From the NCBI GenBank assembly GCA_016926555.1, contig JAFGOI010000008.1, positions 12,821-76,820 of the forward strand: a DNA stretch of 64,000 nucleotides, written 5' to 3'. The translations under genes and the position numbers were made by a program. Position 1 is the first letter of the stretch; the number at the start of each line of letters is the position of its first letter. The DNA is from Patescibacteria group bacterium (GTDB taxonomy: Bacteria; Patescibacteriota; WWE3; UBA101185; UBA10185). The notes under the pieces were generated by a model that saw only the letters and a program-made list of their open reading frames with translations, did not search any database and was not told where the DNA came from. This document shows, in pieces, positions 1-9,544 of this stretch.

Positions 1-418
1 AAACAAACCCATGCGGAGAAACGGGAGATGTTTGACCTGTTGTCAAAGCATACAAACCATTATCATGAATTACAATTGTTATATCGTGATTTCTTCGACA
101 AGCGTGAATAAAATGATTGCCTCCTTCACCTAAACAATCCCCATCACCCGTAAACGCGAAAACATTTAGCTTGTGGTCTGATAACTTTATGCCTGTGGCA
201 ACTGGTATGGGCCTGCCATGCAGCCCTTCAAGAGAGGTAATTTTTGTAAAATTAACTATGTGCCCGTGACATCCTATTCCCGCGGCCAAAGCTGTGTTTG
301 TATTATCCCAGCCCTCTTGAACTGCTGCATTTTTAAACGCCGCCCATAAGGACATATTTCCGCAGCCTGGGCACCAATTTGGAGTGTATGGAGTTGCTAA
401 TTCGCTCAAAGTGGTCAT
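1..418 (-). CDS. 2-oxoacid:ferredoxin oxidoreductase beta subunit (TPP-binding), truncated at its 3' end by the window edge
   Basis: Not in the ORF track. Manual translation from ATG at 418 gives MTTLSELATPYTPNWCPGCGN...AGIGCHG...LHGRPIPVATGIK...FTGDGDCLGEGGNHF, the classic KorB/PorB motifs. Its ATG overlaps the alpha-subunit TGA (ATGA, 415-418). Confidence 0.93.
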   Translation of the reverse strand, partial: MTTLSELATPYTPNWCPGCGNMSLWAAFKNAAVQEGWDNTNTALAAGIGCHGHIVNFTKITSLEGLHGRPIPVATGIKLSDHKLNVFAFTGDGDCLGEGGNHFIHACRRNHDITIVIHDNGLYALTTGQTSPVSPHGFV

Positions 419-2151
419 TTTTTACCTCCTAATATACTATCAATTTTTTGCTGTATTTCATGAGTGTAAAACGGTCTTCCGTCATATTTAAGCAGTTTGT
501 CTTTTACCTCAATACCTGTTTTTTCTTTTACTAAACCTAAAAATTGCGCGCTAAAACTCGCTTCAACCCCTAAAACGTGCTTCGACTCCTCAAGCACTTT
601 CTTTATCTGCCCAGTTGGAAACGGATTCATCCAGGTTATATGCAAATAATTAACATTCTCATGCTCTTTTATGGCCTGCAGAATGCTGCCTTTATTGCTT
701 CCCCAAGAAATTATTGTCACATCAGCATCTTTTGATCCATACAGAGTTTGTGGAGGCATATCAGTACTAGCGCATGTCTCCAACTTTTTCATTCTCTTAT
801 TCATTTGGCTATTTCTGTTATCAATTTCCTCGGAAGAATAGCCGTATTCGTTATGTTCGTCAGAATTCGCGATAAAGAAATTACCAACACCCGGAATACT
901 TCGTATGGAAATACCGTCTGCAGATAGTTCGTACCTTTTATAATCTTCTATTTTATCCACTGAAAACTTACCGCGGTCTACAACATACTCTTTTGAATCA
1001 AAAATCGGATAACTCTGATCGTTTTCGCATATGTTTTTATCTATCAGTAAAACAACGGTTGTTTGGTACCTTTCGGCCAAATTAAACGCTGCTAAAGTTA
1101 AATAATAAGCTTCCTGAGGATCTCCCGCGGCAAGAACAATACGCGGGAAATCACCTTGATGCATATGTAAAACCATTCTAAGGTCGCCCTGCTCGCTCCA
1201 AGTGGGAAGACCCGTTCCCGGGCCGCCGCGCATACCCTCAACAATAACGAGCGGAACTTCAGCTATACCTGCAAGACCGTAACCTTCCCCCATTAAACAG
1301 AAACCTCCTCCAGACGTCGCCGTCATAGCTCTCGCACCTGCAAATGATGCGCCGATAGACATGTTTATCGCTGAAATTTCATCTTCCGGTTGTTTGTATA
1401 CATAACCGTATTCTTCTTGATACTTTGCTAACACGTGCAAAATGTTAGAAATCGGAGACATGGGATAAATAGCGGCAAATTGGAGACCCGCTCGGATAGC
1501 TCCCAAAGCAACGGCCTCATTTCCGTTTATAAGTATTCTATCTTTTGTTTCATTTAAACTTTGAACATGTTTTAGTTTATCTGTAAGATCATCTTTATAT
1601 TTATCCAACACAAAACTGTATCCTTTTTCCGCCGCATCCTGGTTTAATTTAATTACGTTTTCGCCTTTATCTTCAAACTCTTCTTTTAATAGGACCTTCA
1701 ACACTTCTATGTCACCACTCTTTAACCCAATAAGCGCCCCTAAAGCAACCGTGTTTATATGCAGTTCAGATCCCCCGCATTCTCTAGCGAGATCTAAAAG
1801 GGGCAGGGGATACTTAGAAACATTTTCCGGCAATTTGGATAGGTCCAGATTTGTTTCGCTGTCGTACAAAACAGATGAGTTTTCTTTATACTCATCCAAA
1901 TGAAAATCAATCGAATCCTGATTAAGCGCAATCAGAAAATCTATTTTATAGCTGGGACCGGTCACTTCATCTAACGAGATATTTATCTGCATAACATTGT
2001 GGCCCCCGCGTATAATTGACGGATATTCTATATAATTAAAAACATTGTACCCGGATCTTTTAGCAAATTTAGCCAGCAAAATCCCCGAGGATTTTATTCC
2101 TTGCCCCGCTTGACCGGCAATTTTTATTGTTAGTACCTCTTGCTTGCTCAT
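415..2151 (-). CDS. 2-oxoacid:acceptor oxidoreductase alpha subunit (gamma-alpha fusion, KorA type)
   Basis: Motifs GQAGQGI, EYPSIIRGGH, GNEAVALGA, YPMSP, EDEISA, TATSGGGF and RGGPGTGLPT. Confidence 0.95.
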   Translation of the reverse strand: MSKQEVLTIKIAGQAGQGIKSSGILLAKFAKRSGYNVFNYIEYPSIIRGGHNVMQINISLDEVTGPSYKIDFLIALNQDSIDFHLDEYKENSSVLYDSETNLDLSKLPENVSKYPLPLLDLARECGGSELHINTVALGALIGLKSGDIEVLKVLLKEEFEDKGENVIKLNQDAAEKGYSFVLDKYKDDLTDKLKHVQSLNETKDRILINGNEAVALGAIRAGLQFAAIYPMSPISNILHVLAKYQEEYGYVYKQPEDEISAINMSIGASFAGARAMTATSGGGFCLMGEGYGLAGIAEVPLVIVEGMRGGPGTGLPTWSEQGDLRMVLHMHQGDFPRIVLAAGDPQEAYYLTLAAFNLAERYQTTVVLLIDKNICENDQSYPIFDSKEYVVDRGKFSVDKIEDYKRYELSADGISIRSIPGVGNFFIANSDEHNEYGYSSEEIDNRNSQMNKRMKKLETCASTDMPPQTLYGSKDADVTIISWGSNKGSILQAIKEHENVNYLHITWMNPFPTGQIKKVLEESKHVLGVEASFSAQFLGLVKEKTGIEVKDKLLKYDGRPFYTHEIQQKIDSILGGKK

Positions 2152-5027
2152 ACAAATTTCTCCGTATAGATTCTTTCTTCAGGACAACCATTCGCTATTA
2201 ATACATCCGTGGCATCCTTAACCATATACTTGTTTCCGCATAAATACGCGGAAACCTTTGAAGCATCTTTATAATCTTTCTTTACTAGATCAGTAATGAA
2301 ACCCTGATGGCCTTTCCATCCCTCATTCGGTTTAAAAACGGCTATATCATATTTAAAGTTCGGATACTCATTCTTTAAGGAATCCAGATAATCCGTCCAA
2401 AAAATGTCCTCGACAAAATTCAGACCTATATATAAATGTATCGTACCTTTAAATTTATGTTCTTTTAGCGCGGATTCAATCATACACCTAAGTGGGCTGA
2501 CACCCGATCCTGTACCCAAAAACAAAAGTGTTTCTGCGTCGTCCTCCGGTTTATACGTAAACACACCAAAGGGTCCTAAAAATGTTATTTTGTCGTTTAC
2601 TTTGAGATTTTCAAAAAACTTTGAACCGGGCCCTCCAGGTTTTGTATCTACCAATAAAGAAAACTGTTTTGTATCCACATGAGAAGCCACCGAATAACAC
2701 CTTATTGTGTTTTCGGCCACTTTAACACTTATATACTGGCCCGGATTAAATTCAAATGGTTCATCCGGAATAAAATCATATGAGTGATATGTTGTTGCTA
2801 AGACAGCGTGCCGTGAAGTCTTTGCCGTTAAAAACTGCGGTTTTTTAGCTTTCTGCGCATGTTCACCCTCTTTTAGTATAACTTTTGTGTCTACAGCCCA
2901 AACAGTATCTAAAGTAACTATAACAGGGTTAATCTCAATAGATTCCGCCTCCGGTATCATTTCGGACAGTTTAGATACTTTCACTATCAATTCGCATAGT
3001 TCGTTTAATTCATAAGGAGGACTTCCTCTGTAACCTTTGAGCAAAGTGTAAACTTTAGAATTTTCGACGAGTTTTTTTGCCGTTGGAATATCTATAGGCA
3101 GTAAATGAAGATTTCTATCTACTATCAATTCGGCCAAACTTCCCCCGGCGCCAAATAACAGCACACTCCCGAATACCGGATCCCTTTTGAACCCGACTAT
3201 AACCTCTATTCCGTTTAATATCTCCTTCTGAATCTGGATTTTTATACCCGATTTAATATTTTCGTCAAATTCTTCTATCCTCTTTTGAAGCTTATCCCAA
3301 GAGGACTCCAATTGCGCTTCGTTCATAATATCAACAATAACCCCGCCTAATTCTTTCTTGTGCACAATCTGATTTGACGAAAGCTTTAAAACCATCGGCC
3401 AGCCATTTATTTTTGAAAACTCTAAAGCCTCCTCAAACGTGTTTACTATTGATGTTGGCGGTGTTAGAAGCCCAAGAGAAACTGATATATTGTTAGAAGC
3501 TATTGCATCTAACGCTTTTACTTTTTTCGAGAGCGCTTCATTTACTATTTTTTTCATTCTTGTATCATCTGCTTCTATTTCAAAAGCCTCACTTATACTT
3601 ATCTTTTGCTTTTCAATCTGCATCTGTCTAAATCTCCACATTGAAGAAATAGCTTTTACAGCGCGTTCCGGATACCTGAAATTAGGTATTTTGTGTTTAT
3701 TTAAAATCTCTTCCCCTTTGTTAACATGGCTTCCCCCTATAAAAGAGCAGAAAATGGGTTTCTTATATTCCGCCGATAAATTACCTATGTACTCAGCGGT
3801 TTGTTCTATTTGGGTCATTAATTGAGGGGTTAATATAAAAATCAGCGCGTCAACTTTATCCGTTTCCAAAATTACTTCCGCCGCTTTCAGATATCTATCC
3901 GCTAAAGCATCACCCAAAACATCGACCGGATTTACTATATTGGCAGTTCTTGGAAGTATCTCTGCTAGTTTATTCCTTGTTTCATCCGATAACTCAGGCA
4001 GCTGCAGACCTTCAAGAACTGCGGCATCTGTGCTGATTACGGCAGGACCTCCTGCGTTTGAAATTATGTGCACATTTGGTCCCTCCGGTAGATTTTCCCA
4101 CGCAAACGCCTTTGAAAGGTCGAATAAATCCTCGAGTGTGTCGCATCTAAAAACACCGGCTTGTTTAACTACTACATCCATTACTGCGTCTTCCCCCGCG
4201 ATTGAACCTGTGTGAGATTGCATAGCTGTTGAAGATTCCCGAGTTTTTCCAGGTTTTAGAAGCAAAATAGGATCTCTATTAGATATTTCGCTGCAGATCT
4301 GTAAGAATTTCTCGCCGTCAGTTATCGATTCCAGATACATTCCAATGGGCGAGACACTGGATAGGCCATCAAATTCTGTATCACTACTTGAAACAGCATT
4401 ATTTTTATCTGGCGCGCGCATAAAATACTCTAGAGCATCATTCTCGCTTAGCACAGCTTTGTTTCCCAAGGTAATAAACTCACTATAGCCAATTCCATTT
4501 GTTTCACACCAATCAAATATACTCGAAGCTAATGCCCCTGACTGAGAAATAAACCTTAGGTTTCCCGTTTTTTCATAAATGTCCGAGAAAGTAGTATTTA
4601 AAGAGCATTTGTTATTTACAAATCCAAGACAATTTGGTCCTAAAACGTTTAAATCGTACTTCTTTGAGATCTCAACTAATTCATTTTCCAGTTCCAGCCC
4701 CGCTTCACCAATCTCTTTAAATCCTGCGGCAAGCACAACAACATTTTTTATTCCCTTTTCTCCAATCTCTTTAAGAACTCCGTTCACGGCACTCGCGGGA
4801 ACTGCTAAAACAGCTAAATCGGGTATTTCAGCAATCTCAGACACATTTTTATAGCACTTTAAGTTCAATATGCTTTCAGAAGAAGGATTTACCGGGTATA
4901 CATTTCCCTTAAAATTGGATTCTGCTATATTTTTAAGTACTATGTGCCCAATCTTTTGAGTATTACTTGACGCGCCTACAACAGCAACAGATTTTGGACA
5001 GAAAAAATCTTCTAGATTACTGGGCAT
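2148..5027 (-). CDS. Acetate-CoA ligase (ADP-forming; alpha+beta fused) with a C-terminal FNR-family FAD/NAD(P)-binding domain
   Basis: CoA-binding PKSVAVVGAS, GPNCLG, SQSGA, catalytic SHTGSIAG, NPVDVLGDA and ATP-grasp HKKELGGV/EINP. The last ~230 aa carry PGQYISV, RCYSVAS, GPFG, GTGSGVSP, YLCG and EKF. Confidence 0.9.
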   Translation of the reverse strand: MPSNLEDFFCPKSVAVVGASSNTQKIGHIVLKNIAESNFKGNVYPVNPSSESILNLKCYKNVSEIAEIPDLAVLAVPASAVNGVLKEIGEKGIKNVVVLAAGFKEIGEAGLELENELVEISKKYDLNVLGPNCLGFVNNKCSLNTTFSDIYEKTGNLRFISQSGALASSIFDWCETNGIGYSEFITLGNKAVLSENDALEYFMRAPDKNNAVSSSDTEFDGLSSVSPIGMYLESITDGEKFLQICSEISNRDPILLLKPGKTRESSTAMQSHTGSIAGEDAVMDVVVKQAGVFRCDTLEDLFDLSKAFAWENLPEGPNVHIISNAGGPAVISTDAAVLEGLQLPELSDETRNKLAEILPRTANIVNPVDVLGDALADRYLKAAEVILETDKVDALIFILTPQLMTQIEQTAEYIGNLSAEYKKPIFCSFIGGSHVNKGEEILNKHKIPNFRYPERAVKAISSMWRFRQMQIEKQKISISEAFEIEADDTRMKKIVNEALSKKVKALDAIASNNISVSLGLLTPPTSIVNTFEEALEFSKINGWPMVLKLSSNQIVHKKELGGVIVDIMNEAQLESSWDKLQKRIEEFDENIKSGIKIQIQKEILNGIEVIVGFKRDPVFGSVLLFGAGGSLAELIVDRNLHLLPIDIPTAKKLVENSKVYTLLKGYRGSPPYELNELCELIVKVSKLSEMIPEAESIEINPVIVTLDTVWAVDTKVILKEGEHAQKAKKPQFLTAKTSRHAVLATTYHSYDFIPDEPFEFNPGQYISVKVAENTIRCYSVASHVDTKQFSLLVDTKPGGPGSKFFENLKVNDKITFLGPFGVFTYKPEDDAETLLFLGTGSGVSPLRCMIESALKEHKFKGTIHLYIGLNFVEDIFWTDYLDSLKNEYPNFKYDIAVFKPNEGWKGHQGFITDLVKKDYKDASKVSAYLCGNKYMVKDATDVLIANGCPEERIYTEKFV

Positions 5028-5033
5028 AAGTTC

Positions 5034-5062
5034 AGTCTAATTAAGTTTTTATACTGTGTCAA
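5034..5062 (-). promoter_or_regulatory. sigma70-type promoter for the ACD-FNR/OFOR operon (leaderless)
   Basis: On the minus strand: TTGACA (5062-5057), 17 nt, TAGACT (5039-5034), 6 nt, ATG (5027). Confidence 0.7.
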
Positions 5063-5139
5063 AGACAAGTACAAAAATGTTTTTTACACCTTTCGCACAC
5101 TTTTATAAATAAGAGAAAATTCTAAGATATAATTTGTAT

Positions 5140-5478
5140 ATGAATATAGTATCCGGCATCGATATGGTTTATATTGAAGAATTCGGGGAACAGCTTAAAT
5201 TATCCGAAGATAATTTTGTAAAAAGATGTTTCACGACAAAGGAGCAGAATATAAAGGAAACCAAGACGTTAGCGGGAATATTTGCAGTAAAAGAATCCGT
5301 AATAAAAGCTTATTCTCTGGCACCGGGTAGTTGGTTGAATATAGAGGTTGATAACAGGAACAGCGGAAAACCTTATGTAACAATTAAAAATATAGACGAA
5401 AAGGTCTTATCTCAAGACGTGAGTATATCTCACTCTAAAGATTACGTAATAGCTTCATATACTGCTTTGATAGAATAA
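5140..5478 (+). CDS. acpS: Holo-ACP synthase (4'-phosphopantetheinyl transferase, AcpS family)
   Basis: Motifs GIDMV, FAVKESVIKA, SGKP and VSISHSKDYVIA. Start moved to ATG 5140, 6 nt after TATAAT. Confidence 0.9.
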   Translation: MNIVSGIDMVYIEEFGEQLKLSEDNFVKRCFTTKEQNIKETKTLAGIFAVKESVIKAYSLAPGSWLNIEVDNRNSGKPYVTIKNIDEKVLSQDVSISHSKDYVIASYTALIE

Positions 5479-5482
5479 AATA

Positions 5483-7975
5483 ATGTACAAAGATTTTACA
5501 CACTTTCTTAAAGATTTGACGGATCGTTTCGATGACAAAACAGCCCTTTATATAAGACGTATTTTTAAGATAGAAAGAATTACATACAGACAATTACACG
5601 AAAATGTAAAGAAACTCGGAATATTTTTTAAAAATAGCGACGTAAAAGCGGGGGATAGAGTGCTCATATGGGGCCCTAATATACCTGAATGGGTAGTTGC
5701 TCTTTTAGGCTGTTTTTACCATGGAGTAATTGTAGTACCAGTAAATGTACACACATCGCAGGCGACATTCGAAAAATACTTCGCCGAAACGGAGGCCAAG
5801 TTAATTTTCATATCAAAGTCTATCCCCAAACTACCCGAACAATACAAAGAAAAAATCTTTTATCTGGAAGATCTTTTGAACATTATTAGAGATTTAGATG
5901 AACAAGAGAGTTTTGACCAAAATGAAGATGAAGTAATAGAAATAGTATACACATCTGGCACAACGGGAGAACCGAAAGGTCTAATGATTACACATAGAAA
6001 CATTTTTTCAGAACTTGATAGCCTGTGGGATATTGCTCCCAGAGATCCGGATTATAGACTGTTATCACTACTGCCTTTAAGTCATGTTATGGAGCAGGTA
6101 ATAGGTTTAATTCTCCCACTATCTCTCGGCGGAACTATATATTATTTACCAAAAATAAACACTGTGACTATAAGCAAAGCACTTAATAAATATAAAATAT
6201 CTTATCTTGGCGTAGTTCCTCAAATGCTTAGGATTCTTTTAGATTCCATAGAAAACGAGGTTGAAAAACAGGGAATCGAAAAAGAATTTAAGAAAATGTT
6301 GGAAATATCAGAAAGACTACCTTTCTTTTTGAGGAAATACATTTTTAGAAAAGTTCACAGAAAATTTGGCGGCCACTTAAAAATGATGATGTGCGGAAGC
6401 GCCCCTTTGCCGCCAAAACTCGGTCAGACATGGGAAAATATGGGTTTTAAAGTTATTGAGGGATATGGCGCGTCTGAAACTTCCGCTGCCGCAACGTGCA
6501 ATACAGTAAATAAGCGAGTTTTTGGAACAGTAGGAAAACCCATGAGGTGTAACGATGTAAAAATAATAGAAGACGGGGAAGTGGTAATAAAAGGATCTAA
6601 TGTCACTCCAGGTTACTTTAAAAATCCTGAAAAAACTAAAGAATCTTTTACAGAAGATGGCTATTTTAAAACAGGCGATATTGGTTATTTTGATGAAAAC
6701 GGATACTTACGGCTTTCGGGAAGGACAAAATTTAGAATTGTTACACCCGCAGGCGAAAAAGTGTATCCGGAAGATCTAGAAGTCAAACTAAACTCACATG
6801 GCGATATTTGGGATAACTGTGTAATAGGTATACCTGTAGAGGGCGGGGAAGAGGTCTATGCGGTTGTAATAACAAAAGAAGGTGCTAATTTAGATAAAGT
6901 TATTGAAGAAGTAAATAATAATTTAGAAGCGCATCAGAAAATAAGACAATATAGTAAATGGGAGGAAAAGGATTTTCCAAGACTACACACATTAAAAGTT
7001 GATAGAAAAGCCGTAAAAGAGAGAATTTTAGAGAACAAACCCCAAACGCCAGAAAATATCCCGAATAAAAAAGCTGATAACGATAATGAATTGAAAGATA
7101 TCATTTCATTAGTATGTAAAGTAAACCCCGCAGAGATAGGTAAAAATAAGGTACTTACCAAGGATTTTCACCTGGATTCCTTAAGGAGAGTCGCGCTCGT
7201 TTCCTTAATAGAAGAAGAATACGGGGTCATTGTAGAAGAAAGTGATATCACGCAAGATACCACTGTAAGTGATCTAGAAAAACTCATTAAAATTGGCAAA
7301 AAACGTGTAGATTTTACGCTACCGGCAGAGTGGCCTCTTAATCCTTTTTTGTTTAAAATTAGGGATTTTCTAAGAAATTTGATAGTAACACCAATACAAA
7401 ACTATTACATTACCGATTTAAAAGTAGAGGGTATTGAAAACCTTAAAGGCTTAAAACCACCTTTAATAATAGTATTTAACCATATAGGTCACTACGACCA
7501 TGCCCTAATATATAGAATATTGCCAAAAGAACTAAGATTAAAACTCACTGGTTTGGCTGACAAAGAGCTGTATAGAACTAAATTTAAAGCATTTTTACAG
7601 TATTTCTTCGGTGGTGCTTATCCCGTGGATAAATATGGAGGCCCGGTTAGAAAGTCCCTTGAATTGGCTACAGATCTATTAGATAGGGGATTCGTTTTAT
7701 TACTATCACCAGAAGGGGAAATAAGTTATAGCGAAAAAATGCTTGAATTCAAAAAAGGCGTTGGCATGCTGGCGGTTGAAACCGGCGTTCCTGTTTTACC
7801 TATAAGAATAAAGGGTTACCACAAGATTTATAAAAAGAGACACGAATGGCCGTTTTTGCCGCCGGATGGAAGGGGTGAGGTTACTGTTGTTATTGGAAAA
7901 TCACGTACTTTTGAAAAAGGTACTACTTACGATAAATCTACTAAAATCATAAGAGATATACTCGAAGAATTGTAG
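5483..7975 (+). CDS. Tri-domain fatty acyl adenylation (AMP-binding) + acyl carrier protein + PlsC-type acyltransferase (Aas-like)
   Basis: Adenylation motifs YTSGTTGEPKG, EGYGASET and FKTGDIG; ACP motif LDSLRRVAL (phosphopantetheinylated Ser); acyltransferase motifs NHIGHYD, SPEG and FKKGVG. Confidence 0.88.
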   Translation: MYKDFTHFLKDLTDRFDDKTALYIRRIFKIERITYRQLHENVKKLGIFFKNSDVKAGDRVLIWGPNIPEWVVALLGCFYHGVIVVPVNVHTSQATFEKYFAETEAKLIFISKSIPKLPEQYKEKIFYLEDLLNIIRDLDEQESFDQNEDEVIEIVYTSGTTGEPKGLMITHRNIFSELDSLWDIAPRDPDYRLLSLLPLSHVMEQVIGLILPLSLGGTIYYLPKINTVTISKALNKYKISYLGVVPQMLRILLDSIENEVEKQGIEKEFKKMLEISERLPFFLRKYIFRKVHRKFGGHLKMMMCGSAPLPPKLGQTWENMGFKVIEGYGASETSAAATCNTVNKRVFGTVGKPMRCNDVKIIEDGEVVIKGSNVTPGYFKNPEKTKESFTEDGYFKTGDIGYFDENGYLRLSGRTKFRIVTPAGEKVYPEDLEVKLNSHGDIWDNCVIGIPVEGGEEVYAVVITKEGANLDKVIEEVNNNLEAHQKIRQYSKWEEKDFPRLHTLKVDRKAVKERILENKPQTPENIPNKKADNDNELKDIISLVCKVNPAEIGKNKVLTKDFHLDSLRRVALVSLIEEEYGVIVEESDITQDTTVSDLEKLIKIGKKRVDFTLPAEWPLNPFLFKIRDFLRNLIVTPIQNYYITDLKVEGIENLKGLKPPLIIVFNHIGHYDHALIYRILPKELRLKLTGLADKELYRTKFKAFLQYFFGGAYPVDKYGGPVRKSLELATDLLDRGFVLLLSPEGEISYSEKMLEFKKGVGMLAVETGVPVLPIRIKGYHKIYKKRHEWPFLPPDGRGEVTVVIGKSRTFEKGTTYDKSTKIIRDILEEL

Positions 7976-8000
7976 CATATTGCTTTTATTACAATAAAAT

Positions 8001-8044
8001 ATCAGATTATCTGATTTGACTATCGCAGTAACCTATAGTATAAT
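8001..8044 (+). promoter_or_regulatory. Consensus sigma70 promoter with an abutting palindrome
   Basis: ATCAGAT-T-ATCTGAT (8001-8015) directly before TTGACT (8016-8021), 17 nt, TATAAT (8039-8044). Confidence 0.65.
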
Positions 8045-8090
8045 ATGCCCGTTGACATTTAATATCCACATAACAAAACAGGAGGTAAAA

Positions 8091-8588
8091 ATGACTGCAG
8101 TAATAAGAAGAGGGCTAGTAGGTTTGGGTTTCATTTTTATAGGGGCCTTAATGGGCATGTACTTAGTGCTACAGACGCTGGGGACGTCGTCGTATATCCC
8201 GGTGTCCCAGGGACACCACGGGACACATGACGTCGGTACCGATCCAGCGGCTACGGCCAGGTTTAACCACCTGGTCAATAGCTGGAACGTAGCAAATTTC
8301 AGTAATCCTGAGGATCCAAACAAGATCAACAGGATAGTTTGCTACGTTGTGAAAGAAGGTTCCAAGATAGCCAGGTACGTGGCCTGGCACGGAACCAGAG
8401 TTTCCTCACTGGGCACCCAGTATGGAAACTTAAACTGGTGGCAGCTCGGTGAGGAGGGGTGGGAAGCCTATTCATATGACGACATGAATTTTAGTCGTCT
8501 GGGACTCCCAAAAGATCTTGATCCCCAGCGATTTTCCTGGGAGAACGTTAATTGTGACAGTATGTATCCTCCGGGGGTTTCTCCCTAG
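8091..8588 (+). CDS. Hypothetical membrane-anchored or secreted protein
   Basis: GGAGG Shine-Dalgarno at 8081-8085 before ATG 8091; N-terminal hydrophobic segment; visibly more GC-rich than its neighbours. Confidence 0.75.
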   Translation: MTAVIRRGLVGLGFIFIGALMGMYLVLQTLGTSSYIPVSQGHHGTHDVGTDPAATARFNHLVNSWNVANFSNPEDPNKINRIVCYVVKEGSKIARYVAWHGTRVSSLGTQYGNLNWWQLGEEGWEAYSYDDMNFSRLGLPKDLDPQRFSWENVNCDSMYPPGVSP

Positions 8589-8617
8589 AAACCCCGATAT
8601 ATACATACTGCCAAATC

Positions 8618-8692
8618 CTCCCCATTCCCTGCTTAGAGCACAAACATTTTGATGAAAATCAGGTGTTAGTGTAAAGAGCAGGGAATGGGGAG
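8618..8692 (+). repeat. Long inverted repeat / hairpin with GAAA tetraloop
   Basis: Perfect 16-bp arms CTCCCCATTCCCTGCT and AGCAGGGAATGGGGAG; inner stem with G-U pairs closing TGAT-GAAA-ATCA. Confidence 0.8.
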
Positions 8693-8793
8693 ATGACAAA
8701 CTCAAAATCTTATTTCTCCAAGAATCAAAATACAATTTCAGCTATAAAAATAGGAAAAACAAATAGTATATAAAAAACTTTACAAAACGAAAT

Positions 8794-9486
8794 TTATTTT
8801 TCTATTCCTGAAGTGCCAGCTACTGATCTAAATCTGTTAATCTGTTCAACAATAGAAGTACCCGTTTTAATTCCACTTTCATCAAGTTTTGTAGTTACAA
8901 CACTATCTACATAATCCAAAATACTTTTTAAATCCTTCTTCCTAATATACGTACTACCAACAGATCCTTCTTCGGGTAATTTGGTAAACTGAGTACTTTC
9001 AACTGCTCTCGTAGCAATGTCGGCTACTAGTTTAAACCTCTCTAAAAGAAGGTCGTCATCGCTAGACTGAAGTGCATCCTCAATACCTTCTTGAAGACTT
9101 GTTACTAAAAAATCAAGTGTTTCATCACTTACAGGACTTAAATTTATCCCATCAATTCTTTCTAATTCGGATTCCTCTTCAAAGCACGCCGTCAAGAAAT
9201 AAACTGATACATCAAATCTATCACTTGGTGTACTTAGTGATTCTTTTAATCTTTCTATAAAATCTTGAGCTTCTTGTTCTTCAGTGCTATGTTCCCCGAC
9301 TTCTCCTGCATATATGCCACTATCAGCTAATCTTAGAGCTATTGCCGCCCCCTCCGGGTCAAAAAATGCTCTTCCACCTACAGCTTCTATCACATTTTTT
9401 TGTACATCTTTCATTCTCTCTAGAAACTCGCCTTTTTGAGCTTCATCGCTATATGTAGGACCTGTAAATGTTAATCTTCTTGTCAT
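8794..9486 (-). CDS. Hypothetical acidic protein
   Basis: 230-aa ORF; extended -10 TGgTATAAT lies 7 nt before the ATG. Confidence 0.75.
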   Translation of the reverse strand: MTRRLTFTGPTYSDEAQKGEFLERMKDVQKNVIEAVGGRAFFDPEGAAIALRLADSGIYAGEVGEHSTEEQEAQDFIERLKESLSTPSDRFDVSVYFLTACFEEESELERIDGINLSPVSDETLDFLVTSLQEGIEDALQSSDDDLLLERFKLVADIATRAVESTQFTKLPEEGSVGSTYIRKKDLKSILDYVDSVVTTKLDESGIKTGTSIVEQINRFRSVAGTSGIEK

Positions 9487-9544
9487 ATTTAAAATTATAC
9501 CATTCCTTGACCGATATAAAAATGTACAATAGTATGATTAAGAT

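Noticed and set aside
8091-8692. DGR target gene with a downstream hairpin
   Set aside because: No reverse transcriptase, no template-repeat copy and no C-type-lectin-like terminus seen in the window.
8618-8692. SRP (4.5S) RNA
   Set aside because: It has a GNRA loop but lacks the conserved helix-8 CAGG/GCAG internal-loop motif.
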